A stretch of 64,000 bases of DNA from Nitrosarchaeum sp. (GCA_965223865.1 OZ245020.1:160001-224000), one strand, 5' to 3'. Shown: positions 50,203 through 60,082, counted from the stretch's first letter. Numbers and translations are program-made. The notes: generated by a model from the letters alone, not told the origin.

Positions 50203-50276
50203 CGGGTCTAGAGGGATTCGGACCCTCGACAGCAGGATTAAGAGTCCTGTGCGCTACCTGGCTGCGCCATAGACCC
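50203..50276 (-). tRNA. tRNA-Lys(CTT)
   Basis: Reverse complement GGGTCTA...TAGACCCG; CAGGA-CT-CTT-AA-TCCTG anticodon arm. Confidence 0.96.
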
Positions 50277-50335
50277 ACGAAAATAAAACTGCCTAGAGTT
50301 GTTATTAACCTTAAGATTGTAAAATAAAGGAAAAT

Positions 50336-50938
50336 TTAGTTCTGAGCTTTAGCTTCAATTTCACTGTACTTCTCTAGAATTGCTGTAAGTGCAGTTGAAA
50401 CTGGTACGTCATTCATTTTTTTCTTTTCGGCAAGAAGTTTCTGGTATGCATCTAGTGTGATATATACTGGAATTGAACCATTTCCTTCAAGAAGTCCTCT
50501 AACGTTATAGAGTGCTGTTTCCATTCCTCTTTCAGCAGACTTGGCAAACTTTGCCTTATCCATAATTGCTCCTAATGGACCAAATGGCATTTCATAATCC
50601 ACTGTCATAGTAACTCGCGTAAGATTATCACCAAGTGATTTGAATTCATTGGTTATTTGCCAGTGTTTGAATGGTCCTTCAATTTGCTTTGCAGAAATCT
50701 TTTCATTTCGAACAAATTCGATTGTTTCACAGTCCCATTCTAGGCGTTTACCGCTAAAGTCACCAATAATTCTAAATGTTGTACCAACACCCATTCCTTC
50801 TTTGATATCCATTGGAACTACTGTCATTCCTACTGCATCAGTTTTAATTTGATCAGAAACATGCTCTGGTCTTGCAAAGTAGGTAAAAACATTCTCTACG
50901 GGGGTTTTAACATCGATTGATTTTGTTACGACGGTCAA
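50336..50938 (-). CDS. SRPBCC/polyketide cyclase-family protein
   Basis: SIDVKTPVENVF, EGPFKHW, VDYEMPFGPLG. Confidence 0.87.
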   Translation of the reverse strand: MTVVTKSIDVKTPVENVFTYFARPEHVSDQIKTDAVGMTVVPMDIKEGMGVGTTFRIIGDFSGKRLEWDCETIEFVRNEKISAKQIEGPFKHWQITNEFKSLGDNLTRVTMTVDYEMPFGPLGAIMDKAKFAKSAERGMETALYNVRGLLEGNGSIPVYITLDAYQKLLAEKKKMNDVPVSTALTAILEKYSEIEAKAQN

Positions 50939-51033
50939 CGATTCAATGTCTTGCCAATAAGGATTTAAAGGTTTTGAAGATTTTCCTATGTAAATTGATT
51001 AACACTATATTATTCTTAGAATATGGTTAATTT

Positions 51034-51555
51034 GTGAAAAAACTGCGATCAACTATTTTTTTGGTTTTTTTAGCACTAACTTCAATTCCAATATTTTCAG
51101 ATGCATATGGCCACTCTATGTTTAATTCAGCAGAGCAATATTATGGTGGATATAGAGTTCAAGTTGCAACATTACCAGAATTCCCACAGATTGATGAAAA
51201 GTCTCAGATTTTAGTAAGGATAACTGATAGAGATTTGGAGGAAGTTGATCGCTTTACAATGGGAATTAGATTTTTCTATAATGATCAACAAATTGATGCA
51301 TTTCAACCAAGTTCCTTTGAAGGAGGGCACTCAGATCTTGATTATGTTTGGAGAAATTCAGGAAATCATATTGTGAAAATAGATTTGTATGATATGGCGG
51401 GAAATCCTGGCATTCTTACCTATACCTTTAACATGGGTACACAGAGTCCTTTTGGAGTAATTTTTTTCATATCGATAATTATCGGTGTTTTGACATTAAC
51501 AGTTGTTGTAATTTACGTCTACATTCCAAAGAAATTCAAAAAAGCTAGATCTTAG
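51034..51555 (+). CDS. Exported protein with C-terminal TM anchor
   Basis: Signal peptide ending AYG-H; C-terminal TM and basic tail. Confidence 0.75.
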   Translation: MKKLRSTIFLVFLALTSIPIFSDAYGHSMFNSAEQYYGGYRVQVATLPEFPQIDEKSQILVRITDRDLEEVDRFTMGIRFFYNDQQIDAFQPSSFEGGHSDLDYVWRNSGNHIVKIDLYDMAGNPGILTYTFNMGTQSPFGVIFFISIIIGVLTLTVVVIYVYIPKKFKKARS

Positions 51556-51988
51556 ATTTTATAGGCATTTTTGCAATTCTAAAAGCAAACAAGGTTGTTA
51601 AAAGTACCATTGAGAATAACAAAATACCTATCCCTAAATGGATTGCAACAAGTACAGCATGAAGCTTTAGATCAATTACTAATGCACCTAATGTGATTTG
51701 TGTAATTACAAATATCGTTGCAAGAGTACTCGTAATTTTGATTTTTTTGTCTGCATTCTTGTTAATCCAACTAGCTACCATAGTTGCAATTACTAGTGTA
51801 CCAGTAGTGGCAGCTGCTAGCCTATGTATCCATTCAATTAGATATTCTTCAGAAGGCATTACTCCATTTGGGCATAGAGGCCATTCTGGACAGGTTAGTC
51901 CAAGTCCTGCAGCTGAGATATATCCCCCAAGAAACATTAACGAATACAAAATAATCATTGTTGATAAGGCAAGGTATTGAATTGCCAA
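51545..51988 (-). CDS. ctaA: Heme A synthase (short CtaA/Cox15)
   Basis: GLTCPEWPLC, EWIHR, HLG; end of cox operon. Confidence 0.88.
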   Translation of the reverse strand: MAIQYLALSTMIILYSLMFLGGYISAAGLGLTCPEWPLCPNGVMPSEEYLIEWIHRLAAATTGTLVIATMVASWINKNADKKIKITSTLATIFVITQITLGALVIDLKLHAVLVAIHLGIGILLFSMVLLTTLFAFRIAKMPIKSKI

Positions 51989-51990
51989 AA

Positions 51991-52953
51991 TTATTCAACT
52001 ATGAAACTGCCTTGCATCCCTTGTAATGCATGGCCTGGAACAGTACAGATGTAGTAGTAATTACCTGGTGCACCAGCTGTAAACGTGACTTCGCCACTTT
52101 CATTTGCTTTAAGTGGACTTGATGGTGAAGCAATTTCAGAACCCCATAATACATTACCAAAGTCTTCAGGATTTGCAACTACTCCAAATGCATGAAATGA
52201 TTTGCCTAAATTAGCAGAGGTAACTGTTACTGAATCTCCAGAATTTACACGGATTTCAGGATTGTTTCCTTCTTCTCCTGGCAATGCATTAAATGCCAAA
52301 GTTCTAAAGTCATCAGATTCTACAAAGTCTAGCTGAAAGCTGTGAGATACTCCTGTTGGGGCTGCAGCTTCTGCAGATCCACCTCCTGCTTGTGCAGGAC
52401 CTACAATAATTTCACCTACCATGCCTTGTTCTCTGTGTCCGGGAACGGTACAGATGTAGTAGAATGTTCCTTCTTCTGTTGGAACCCATTCAGATGTTCC
52501 ACTCTCACCTGCTTTTAATGGACTCGATGGACTTGCTACTTCACTTCCTGCAAAGATCCCACCAAATCCTTCCTCATCAGCAGTTACACCAAATGCGTGA
52601 AATGATACTCCACCATTTTCTACATTAAAGATTATCTTATCACCAACATTTGCATTAATTGTTGGATTACTTCCTTCTTCTCCAGGTAATGCATTAAAGG
52701 TTAATACTCTAAAGTCAGAAGACTCAACAAACACCAAGTCTGCGGTAATTGTCTTACCTGTAGCAACTGCAGGTGCACCTGTTTCTTTTGCCCCACTCAT
52801 CATTGCTACAACTGGGGCAGGTTCAGAGATCCAGTAATCCCACATACCAAAGAATATGGCACCACCAACTATGCAAATACCTAGCATGATTATCATCATC
52901 TTACCGGTTCTTGCGGTGGTTGTTCTGTAAATTGTATCTGTGTCTTGACTCAT
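51991..52953 (-). CDS. Membrane-anchored double blue-copper (cupredoxin) protein
   Basis: Two H.F...YYICTVPGH..QGM type-1 Cu sites. Confidence 0.92.
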   Translation of the reverse strand: MSQDTDTIYRTTTARTGKMMIIMLGICIVGGAIFFGMWDYWISEPAPVVAMMSGAKETGAPAVATGKTITADLVFVESSDFRVLTFNALPGEEGSNPTINANVGDKIIFNVENGGVSFHAFGVTADEEGFGGIFAGSEVASPSSPLKAGESGTSEWVPTEEGTFYYICTVPGHREQGMVGEIIVGPAQAGGGSAEAAAPTGVSHSFQLDFVESDDFRTLAFNALPGEEGNNPEIRVNSGDSVTVTSANLGKSFHAFGVVANPEDFGNVLWGSEIASPSSPLKANESGEVTFTAGAPGNYYYICTVPGHALQGMQGSFIVE

Positions 52954-52965
52954 TTCATTTCTCTC

Positions 52966-54492
52966 CTAGTGATGCGGGTTCTTTTGTTCGAATGGATAAT
53001 AGTATTTGCCTCCAAGTTCAAATGGATCGTGTTGATCCACTGGTTTTCCTTTACCAGCACAGTAAATCATATTTCCTAAGAAGATTACCATAGACACTCC
53101 AATTATCATTGCACCAACAGTAATAATTTGGTTCATTGCAATCCATTCTGGGATAGGCGGATAATCAAATATTCTTCTTGGCATTCCATACAAGCCTAAT
53201 ACATGTTGGGTATAAAATACAAGTACTGTTCCTATAAGAGACATGAAAAAGTGAACTTTTCCTAAGGCCTCATTATACATTCTTCCAGTAACATATGGGA
53301 ACATGTAGTAGAGATATGCTATAGAACCAAATGCAATAGTTCCCATTACAAACAGGTGGAAGTGGCCAACAACCCAATAGGTATCATGGGTTGTAAAGTC
53401 TAAAGGCATTGCAGCGTTTGCAACACCACCTGCTCCTGCTGAGAAGAATAATGCTATGCCTCCGACAGACCACATCATTGGTGTACTAAATCTAATTCTA
53501 CCATTCCACATTGTAGCAATAAAGTTAAAGACGTGCATGGCAGACGCTGGAACTGCACCAAGTGTTCCTACCATGAAAACTGTTTTTTCTGTAAATGACA
53601 TTCCTGTGGCATACATGTGATGTGCCCAAGATGAAAAACCAATAATGGTTAGTAATACAAATGCAAAGATACCAGAATTATAGCTAAAGATTGGTTTTCT
53701 TGAAAATCTTGGTATGATTTCATACATCATTCCAATTGCAGGAATTACCAAAACGTAGACCTCAGGATGGAAGGTAAACCAGAATAGATGTGCATATGCA
53801 ATTGGGTCACCACCCATTGCAGGGTTAAAGAAACCAGTAACACCCAGTCTATCGGTAAGTAACATCAACAAGGCTGCTGCAAAGGTTGGGATTGCAACAA
53901 GAATAATTAAAGAAGAAGATAAGAATGACCAAGCCAACAATGGCACTTGACCTATAGACATGTCTGGATGTTTACATTTTAGAATCGTCACAATGAAGTT
54001 TATAGCGCCTAATACCGATGAAATACCTAGAATTTTTAGTCCAAATATCCACATGTCTGCTGCTGGGCCAGGTGCACTAATAATGGAGTAAGGAGGAGTT
54101 GCATACCAAGTAAAGTCGGCAAATCCCAACCAGATTAAGGCACCTGCTGGAGGAATCATCCAGAATGCTATTGCATTTAACTTTGGATAAGCCATATCCT
54201 TGTATCTGACCATGATTGGAACAAAGTAATTTCCAACTGCAGATGCGAATGGAATGATGAATAGGAAAATTAACGTTGTACCATGAACTGTAAAAATTCT
54301 GTTAAATGTCATGGCATCTGTAATTATTTGTGCGCCAGGCAAGAATAATTCTGCTCTAATTATAAGTGCTAACGCACCACCCAAGAATAAGAATCCAAGT
54401 GACATGATTAGATAAAGTAGGCCTACATCAGTATGATGTGTAGAAAACATGATTTGCCATATTGGACGTGGTTTTTGCAGTTCTAGAACCAT
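52966..54492 (-). CDS. coxA: Heme-copper oxidase subunit I
   Basis: HGT, WFTFHPEVY, WAHHM, HFH, GMPRR. Confidence 0.96.
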   Translation of the reverse strand: MVLELQKPRPIWQIMFSTHHTDVGLLYLIMSLGFLFLGGALALIIRAELFLPGAQIITDAMTFNRIFTVHGTTLIFLFIIPFASAVGNYFVPIMVRYKDMAYPKLNAIAFWMIPPAGALIWLGFADFTWYATPPYSIISAPGPAADMWIFGLKILGISSVLGAINFIVTILKCKHPDMSIGQVPLLAWSFLSSSLIILVAIPTFAAALLMLLTDRLGVTGFFNPAMGGDPIAYAHLFWFTFHPEVYVLVIPAIGMMYEIIPRFSRKPIFSYNSGIFAFVLLTIIGFSSWAHHMYATGMSFTEKTVFMVGTLGAVPASAMHVFNFIATMWNGRIRFSTPMMWSVGGIALFFSAGAGGVANAAMPLDFTTHDTYWVVGHFHLFVMGTIAFGSIAYLYYMFPYVTGRMYNEALGKVHFFMSLIGTVLVFYTQHVLGLYGMPRRIFDYPPIPEWIAMNQIITVGAMIIGVSMVIFLGNMIYCAGKGKPVDQHDPFELGGKYYYPFEQKNPHH

Positions 54493-54541
54493 TACTTTCT
54501 AACCTCCATTGTTGCTTTTGAAAGCAAATATAAAATTTTTA

Positions 54542-54973
54542 TCAAGATGATGGTTCCTCCACAATCAATTTTCCACGCATGTTATAGTGAATTAACCCAC
54601 AGTATTCTCTGCACTGTATATCATGTTCGCCAACATCAGTGGGTGCAAACCATACAGTATTTACTCTACCTGGAATAGCATCCATTAAAACAACGTAATC
54701 GTGAATATTAAATGAGTGACTAACATCTGTTGCTGTTATCTCAAATTTGTAGGCCTTTCCTTTTTCAACGTGTAACTCACCTATTTCTTTTGTTCCATCT
54801 TCATGTTCAAATGTCCAGAACCACTGTTGTCCTACTACTTTAATTATTTCGGCATCTTCTGGCACATGTTCAATTAATCTCTCAACTTCCCATGCTTCTG
54901 CGCCTACCCATAACATTAGAGCAACAACAACTCCAACGTAAATCCATTCAGGCCAGTTGGAATGTCCACCCAT
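54542..54973 (-). CDS. coxB: Heme-copper oxidase subunit II (CuA)
   Basis: GQQWFW, DVSHSF, CREYCGLIHYNM. Confidence 0.94.
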   Translation of the reverse strand: MGGHSNWPEWIYVGVVVALMLWVGAEAWEVERLIEHVPEDAEIIKVVGQQWFWTFEHEDGTKEIGELHVEKGKAYKFEITATDVSHSFNIHDYVVLMDAIPGRVNTVWFAPTDVGEHDIQCREYCGLIHYNMRGKLIVEEPSS

Positions 54974-54976
54974 ATT

Positions 54977-55240
54977 CTACCAAACTCCTTCCTTTTCATA
55001 TGGGGTGGGTTTAGCCTTTGGATGAGATTCTCTAAACCTCCAGCATTGCCAAATAAGAGTACCAGATACTACGGCTCCTACTACAAAGGCAACTGCCATC
55101 AATCTATAGAATAAATTCCAAATCAATACCCTGCGATCAAGATATTCGCCAGGTTCGTCGCCTGCAGCAAAAGCATAATCAGCTGCCGGGATTATTACAA
55201 AAGTTGCCAATACTAAGAATAGACCGACCACACTCTTCAT
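54977..55240 (-). CDS. Small membrane subunit of cox operon (split subunit II N-terminal helix)
   Basis: Signal peptide plus IWNLF...WRFRE helix resembling CoxII TM1. Confidence 0.7.
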   Translation of the reverse strand: MKSVVGLFLVLATFVIIPAADYAFAAGDEPGEYLDRRVLIWNLFYRLMAVAFVVGAVVSGTLIWQCWRFRESHPKAKPTPYEKEGVW

Positions 55241-55294
55241 TAGCGTGACAGACGTGACCTTTGATTTCTATTTAAGGGTTTTCAAGATTATTGA

Positions 55295-55918
55295 CTACCA
55301 ATCTTGATCGAATCTAGATGGATGCATTACATTAAGTCCTGATACTGAAAATTTGCGTTTGTATTCTCGAAATATGTTTAGTGACGCATTTGCTATTATT
55401 AACTCAAATAGATTCTCAGGAGTCAGATCCACTATAGTTGATAGCATTGCCTTTATCGGGTCCATATGGGTAACTAAAACAATATTTTCATCGGGATGAG
55501 TCTCAAGCACATATTCTACAATATCAAGAATTCGTTTTTTCACTTCTTCAAAAGTTTCAACACCGTTGTGTGCAATCTCCAATTCGCCATTATAGAACTT
55601 CATAAAGACATTTCCGTGACTAGAAAAAATTTCATCGTATGGCATCCCAGTAAATTTTCCCATGTCTAATTCAATTAGTCTCTCATCAATTGTAACATCA
55701 ACCGAGTTTTGTTTTCCCACAATTTCTGCTGTATGTTTTGCACGTTCTATTGGACTAGAATAAATTCTAGAGATGTTCATTTGTTCTAAGAATTCAGCAG
55801 CCTTTTGTGCCTGATCGATTCCTTTTTCGGTTAAAGGAATACCTGGAGTCCTTCCTGCCAGAATTCTTTCGGTATTGTTTTTTGCCTGTCCATGTCTTAG
55901 AAAAATTATTGATCCCAA
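55295..55918 (-). CDS. Histidine phosphatase family protein
   Basis: LRHGQ, SSPIERA, VTH. Confidence 0.92.
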   Translation of the reverse strand: MGSIIFLRHGQAKNNTERILAGRTPGIPLTEKGIDQAQKAAEFLEQMNISRIYSSPIERAKHTAEIVGKQNSVDVTIDERLIELDMGKFTGMPYDEIFSSHGNVFMKFYNGELEIAHNGVETFEEVKKRILDIVEYVLETHPDENIVLVTHMDPIKAMLSTIVDLTPENLFELIIANASLNIFREYKRKFSVSGLNVMHPSRFDQDW

Positions 55919-55969
55919 CTAAATCGCATGTCAAATAGAGATAATAATAACATTGTCAGATCAATTACC

Positions 55970-56641
55970 ATGAAAGTAGGTATAATTGGTGGAACTGGCG
56001 GAATGGGAAAAGGTTTTGCCCTAAGATGGTCTCAGAATCATGATGTGGTTGTTGGGTCCCGAGATGCAGCAAGAGCATCAACATCAGCTGAAGAATATAC
56101 AAATCTTGCAAAAGAGGCTTTTGGACAAATAAGTGGGACTATAACTGGAAATGATAATGTTTCAGTTGCAAAAGAAAGTGATGTGTTAATTTTATCAATT
56201 CCATATAGTAACATTGATGCTGTTTGTTCTGAGATTTTACCTCAAACAAAAGATAGTTGTGTTGTAGTATCACCAATTGTTCCAATGACTAAGACAGATG
56301 TTGGTTTTGAATTTATTCCAATAAAAGAAAACAAACCATTTTCATACCAACTTATTTCAAAATACATCAAAGACAAATCAAAACTTGTTTCTGCGTTCCA
56401 TGTAATATCTGAAAAGAAGCTTGTCAATCCTACACTAGAATTAGATTATGATATCTTTGTATGCGGTGATGATAAGGAATCGGTAGAAATTGTAAATGGC
56501 CTGATAAACGAAATTAAGGGCTTAAGACCAATCTACTTAGGACCTGGAGAATTATCGTATATGGCTGAAATTTCAACGCCTTTGTTGCTAAATGCAATGA
56601 TTAGAAATAAGATAAAAAATCCAGGTATCAAAATTATCTAA
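55970..56641 (+). CDS. npdG: F420H2:NADP+ oxidoreductase
   Basis: GIIGGTGGMG.G.A.R, VGSRD, VSAFH, VCGDD. Confidence 0.88.
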   Translation: MKVGIIGGTGGMGKGFALRWSQNHDVVVGSRDAARASTSAEEYTNLAKEAFGQISGTITGNDNVSVAKESDVLILSIPYSNIDAVCSEILPQTKDSCVVVSPIVPMTKTDVGFEFIPIKENKPFSYQLISKYIKDKSKLVSAFHVISEKKLVNPTLELDYDIFVCGDDKESVEIVNGLINEIKGLRPIYLGPGELSYMAEISTPLLLNAMIRNKIKNPGIKII

Positions 56642-56659
56642 GTATAATTTTGTAATATC

Positions 56660-56893
56660 ATGAGTCACGAGTACTATAGACGGGGTAGAAATTGGTATAC
56701 GGCTATTGGTGCTCTATTTCTTATTATGTCAGGGATTGTTCTGATAAGACAATTATTGATTTGGGGACCAGAATTTATGATAGATTTTTTATTAAATTCT
56801 GAAGTAACAAATGAAAAGGTTTCAGTGGGAATGATTGGATTTGGTCTTTTTATGATAGCATTAGGATTTAGAAGACATGAACAACCGAGATAA
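56660..56893 (+). CDS. Small 2-TM membrane protein
   Basis: Two hydrophobic helices. Confidence 0.7.
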   Translation: MSHEYYRRGRNWYTAIGALFLIMSGIVLIRQLLIWGPEFMIDFLLNSEVTNEKVSVGMIGFGLFMIALGFRRHEQPR

Positions 56894-57278
56894 ATTTTTA
56901 AAATCTCAAAAAATTTTGCGTCTAACAACTATAGATGATAAAAGGAATTTACATATTGTTCCTGTCTGGTACTTGTACAGCTCAAAAAAAATCTTTATTG
57001 GTACAAACACCAAAACTCAGAAAGCAAAAAATGCAAAGAAGAACAAACGTGTCAGTTTTTGCGTTGATGTTGGAATAAACTCACCTGATATCTATGGCGT
57101 AATGGGACAAGGAAATGCAAATATTATTTTAGAAAATTCCAAAGTAAAACGAATCGCAAAAAAAATTCTTCTTAGGTATTTTGATACTATGAAAAATAAA
57201 TCAGCAATAGAATTACTGGATGACACTGACTGTATTATTGAAATTACTCCAGAAAAATGGTCAGTATGGAGTTATTGA
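56877..57278 (+). CDS. Pyridoxamine 5'-phosphate oxidase-like (PPOX) protein
   Basis: LRLTT...HIVPVWY, K.KN...N.RVSFCVD, ITPEK. Confidence 0.85.
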   Translation: MNNRDKFLKSQKILRLTTIDDKRNLHIVPVWYLYSSKKIFIGTNTKTQKAKNAKKNKRVSFCVDVGINSPDIYGVMGQGNANIILENSKVKRIAKKILLRYFDTMKNKSAIELLDDTDCIIEITPEKWSVWSY

Positions 57279-58447
57279 GTGACAAACTCTTCAATTTTGT
57301 TGAGTGCTGAATCCAAGGTTTCAACACTAGGAAGATAAACTAATCGGAAGTGTCCGCTTCCATATTGTTCTCCAAATCCTGAACCATGAACGGTCAAAAC
57401 ACCCTTTGATTCTAGGAGTTTTGTAACAAAATCTTTATCATTTCCAAACCTATTATCCTCAATTTTAGGGAATGCATAAAATGCTCCCCTTGGATTTGGA
57501 CAAGACAATCCAGGAATTTCGTTTAATCGTTTTACAACTAGATCTCTTCTCTTTTTTATTTCTGAGACAAATTCTGATACATAGTTCTGTGGTCCTCTTA
57601 GGGATTCAAGTGCAGCATATTGTACTGGAAGGTTTGTTGCAATTCGTACCCTTGCAAGCTTTGGTAGATTTTCACGTAAATCATCCAACTTAGATGAATT
57701 ATTAAATGCAATATATCCAATTCTCCATCCAGACATCAAGTGGACTTTGGAAAATCCATTAAGTATGATAACAGGAGAGTCGCCTGCAACTTTTCCAATT
57801 CCTACAAATTTCTCATCAAAAATTATCTGATCATAGATTTCATCACAAATTATGTAGAGGTTGTGTTCATTTGCAACACTAACTAATTCTCTTAATGAGT
57901 TTTCATTGAAAACAACACCTGTGGGGTTATTTGGACTGATTAGACATATTGCCACAGTCTTTGATGTAATCTTTTTTCTAATGTCCTCAATATCAGGTGT
58001 AGAGTTTTCCAAGTCTACTGCAAATTCTACAGGAATGCCTCCGTGCAATCTAACATATGAGGCATATGGTGGATAGTAAGGACCTGGTAACAATATCTCA
58101 TCTCCCTCTTCAACAATGGAAGATATTACCATATCCAGTCCTTCAGATACACCGTTTGTAACTAAAATATCATCAGATAAAATTGATAAGCCCTTTGCAT
58201 TTTCTTTTTTTGCTATTTCTGTTCGAAGATCCAATAGACCCTCTGATGTTGAATAGTAGTTTTCGCCTTTGTTAATTGCATCAATCAAAGCTTGTTTTAC
58301 ATTTTCTGGTGGTTGAAAACCAAACTGAACAGGGTCACCAATGTTAAGATAATCAACTTTCATTCCTTTTTGTTGAACTTTTCTTGCAGCTAGAACAATA
58401 TCTCTAATTGCATATTCAACACCTGCAACTTTTTTTGATACTTTCAA
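57272..58447 (-). CDS. Class I/II PLP aminotransferase (AlaA-like)
   Basis: YAIRD, LNIGDP, SPNNPTG, DEIYD, SKVHLMSGWRIG; likely TTG start at 58447. Confidence 0.92.
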   Translation of the reverse strand: MKVSKKVAGVEYAIRDIVLAARKVQQKGMKVDYLNIGDPVQFGFQPPENVKQALIDAINKGENYYSTSEGLLDLRTEIAKKENAKGLSILSDDILVTNGVSEGLDMVISSIVEEGDEILLPGPYYPPYASYVRLHGGIPVEFAVDLENSTPDIEDIRKKITSKTVAICLISPNNPTGVVFNENSLRELVSVANEHNLYIICDEIYDQIIFDEKFVGIGKVAGDSPVIILNGFSKVHLMSGWRIGYIAFNNSSKLDDLRENLPKLARVRIATNLPVQYAALESLRGPQNYVSEFVSEIKKRRDLVVKRLNEIPGLSCPNPRGAFYAFPKIEDNRFGNDKDFVTKLLESKGVLTVHGSGFGEQYGSGHFRLVYLPSVETLDSALNKIEEFVTQ

Positions 58448-58491
58448 AGTATCTAGACAGATATTTAGGCCTGTTAAATTCCTACTTGTTT

Positions 58492-58566
58492 GGACTCGTA
58501 GCACAGTCTGGATAGTGCGGGCGGCTTCGAACCGCCAGGTCGAGGGATCGAAGCCCTCCGAGCCCT
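58492..58566 (+). tRNA. tRNA-Arg(TCG)
   Basis: GGCGG-CT-TCG-AA-CCGCC anticodon arm; GAGGG-ATCGAAG-CCCTC T-arm; one acceptor mismatch. Confidence 0.92.
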
Positions 58567-58592
58567 TTAGTTTATTTTATTAGGCAAATAAT

Positions 58593-59099
58593 TTGTCAAT
58601 AGTTGAATTGAAAGTTTCTCTATTCAAAATTGGAATTATACTTAGCATCTCAGCAATGATATGGATTTCAATGGTATTTCTTGAAGGAGATAGGATTTCA
58701 GAAGAATTTTTGCTTAAATCATCAAATTCCCACAGTTTAAAATTCAATTTTCTAGGTGAAGATATAGGCTATTACAAAGTTTTCATGCCTGAATTTAATG
58801 GAGAAGAGATGTATGTCCAAATTTTAGACCATAATAATAACATAATTTCTGAACAAAGTGTTCAGACAAAAATGTCAGTTGGGTATTTTGACTATGAAAA
58901 AAATGGAAAATATTCAATGAGGATTACAAATATTTCTGAAAATTCAGTTAATCTTCAAGTTGAATTTGGTGATACCAATTCTCAAAATATGATTCCCGGA
59001 GGAGTGATTTTGGTTGTTGGAGCATTAATAATAATAGTTTCATCATACATAAAATTAAAAAACTACAAAATTGCACAGCCTGATGAGAATATTTCATAG
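58593..59099 (+). CDS. Hypothetical protein, two TM helices flanking a beta domain
   Basis: N- and C-terminal hydrophobic helices. Confidence 0.75.
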   Translation: MSIVELKVSLFKIGIILSISAMIWISMVFLEGDRISEEFLLKSSNSHSLKFNFLGEDIGYYKVFMPEFNGEEMYVQILDHNNNIISEQSVQTKMSVGYFDYEKNGKYSMRITNISENSVNLQVEFGDTNSQNMIPGGVILVVGALIIIVSSYIKLKNYKIAQPDENIS

Positions 59100-59656
59100 A
59101 CTGGAATGCACTGAATTGTATGGCCAAAAATTAAGACTAAATTGAATGCAAGCCAGGTTGTAAAAAAGATAAATGAAATTATTGAGAATGGAAGTAATAT
59201 GTGGAGTTTTGTGTGTTCTCGATTTTTTAATATCAAAAGTCCACCTAACGAAGCCAAAACTAAACCTAGCTCAAGTGGTTGATGTGACCAAGAAATCAAT
59301 CCATCAATTCCATAAATTTCATGAGATAAAGAATCTCCAAATCCAGAAAAGATTTGAATTATTGTTCCAATAATTACGAGTTTAATTCCTGTTTTTAGAG
59401 AATTCCGTACAGATTTCTTAATTAAAAGAACAGTTCCCAAAATTGCAGCGGATGAAATCAAAGTTACGCCTGAATAAACTGTGATGTGTTGAATGGTCCA
59501 AAAGAATTCCGGCTCTTTTAATAGATGAGAAATTGCATCCCAAAATCCACCAGAGACTGTAATTACTGGTCCCAGAACCGCTAGAATGGAAATGATGGAT
59601 ACTAATGTGGAGGTTTTTGTAAGTGTAGAATTTGAAAATCTTTGAATAAGTTTCAT
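59063..59656 (-). CDS. Polytopic membrane protein with two D-x3-H-x12-H motifs
   Basis: WDAISHLLKEPEFFWTIQH and GDSLSHEIYGIDGLISWSH. Confidence 0.8.
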   Translation of the reverse strand: MKLIQRFSNSTLTKTSTLVSIISILAVLGPVITVSGGFWDAISHLLKEPEFFWTIQHITVYSGVTLISSAAILGTVLLIKKSVRNSLKTGIKLVIIGTIIQIFSGFGDSLSHEIYGIDGLISWSHQPLELGLVLASLGGLLILKNREHTKLHILLPFSIISFIFFTTWLAFNLVLIFGHTIQCIPVYEIFSSGCAIL

Positions 59657-59763
59657 TTTGTGTAGTCTTTTTTGGACTAATATTTGAAATCTTGTAAATT
59701 TATCAATTAGAAAAATTGAACTTTGAGAGTAATTTTCTTAATTAAATATATTAGAACAAAGGT

Positions 59764-60033
59764 ATGACAACAATCATGAGTCCTGGAATAGGTCTAATGA
59801 AAAGACGACTTGAAAAGGAAAAGGATGCCATATCTCTTGCAGTATCAGGTATTGCAAAAAAATATGATGTCAAACCAGAATCCATCCATACATTGGAGAC
59901 AAAATATCATGAGGATGCAGGGGATTGGTACGTTGCTTTAGGATGGGGTGAAAAAAAAGCCATTATAAAAATGGATTCTGTACAGGGAACCATCACAGAG
60001 ATTAAAGAAATAGAAGAAGAAAATTCTAATTAA
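59764..60033 (+). CDS. Hypothetical protein
   Basis: 89-aa ORF, WYVALGW. Confidence 0.75.
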   Translation: MTTIMSPGIGLMKRRLEKEKDAISLAVSGIAKKYDVKPESIHTLETKYHEDAGDWYVALGWGEKKAIIKMDSVQGTITEIKEIEEENSN

Positions 60034-60082
60034 AAATTATTTTAGCAGAAATCATTGAATTATTGTCCACTTTTGGTATCAT

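Larger units (their letters stand above)
40731..50214. mobile_element. Integrated element at tRNA-Lys(CTT), about 9.5 kb, defective integrase
   Basis: Exact 14-bp direct repeat AGCGGGTCTAGAGG at 40731-40744 and 50201-50214 (tRNA 3' end); integrase fragment beside the tRNA; accessory cargo. Confidence 0.85.

Noticed and set aside
50153-50278. N-terminal extension of the 49805-50278 ORF through tRNA-Lys
   Set aside because: Overlaps the tRNA gene; the integrase-like sequence starts at 50152
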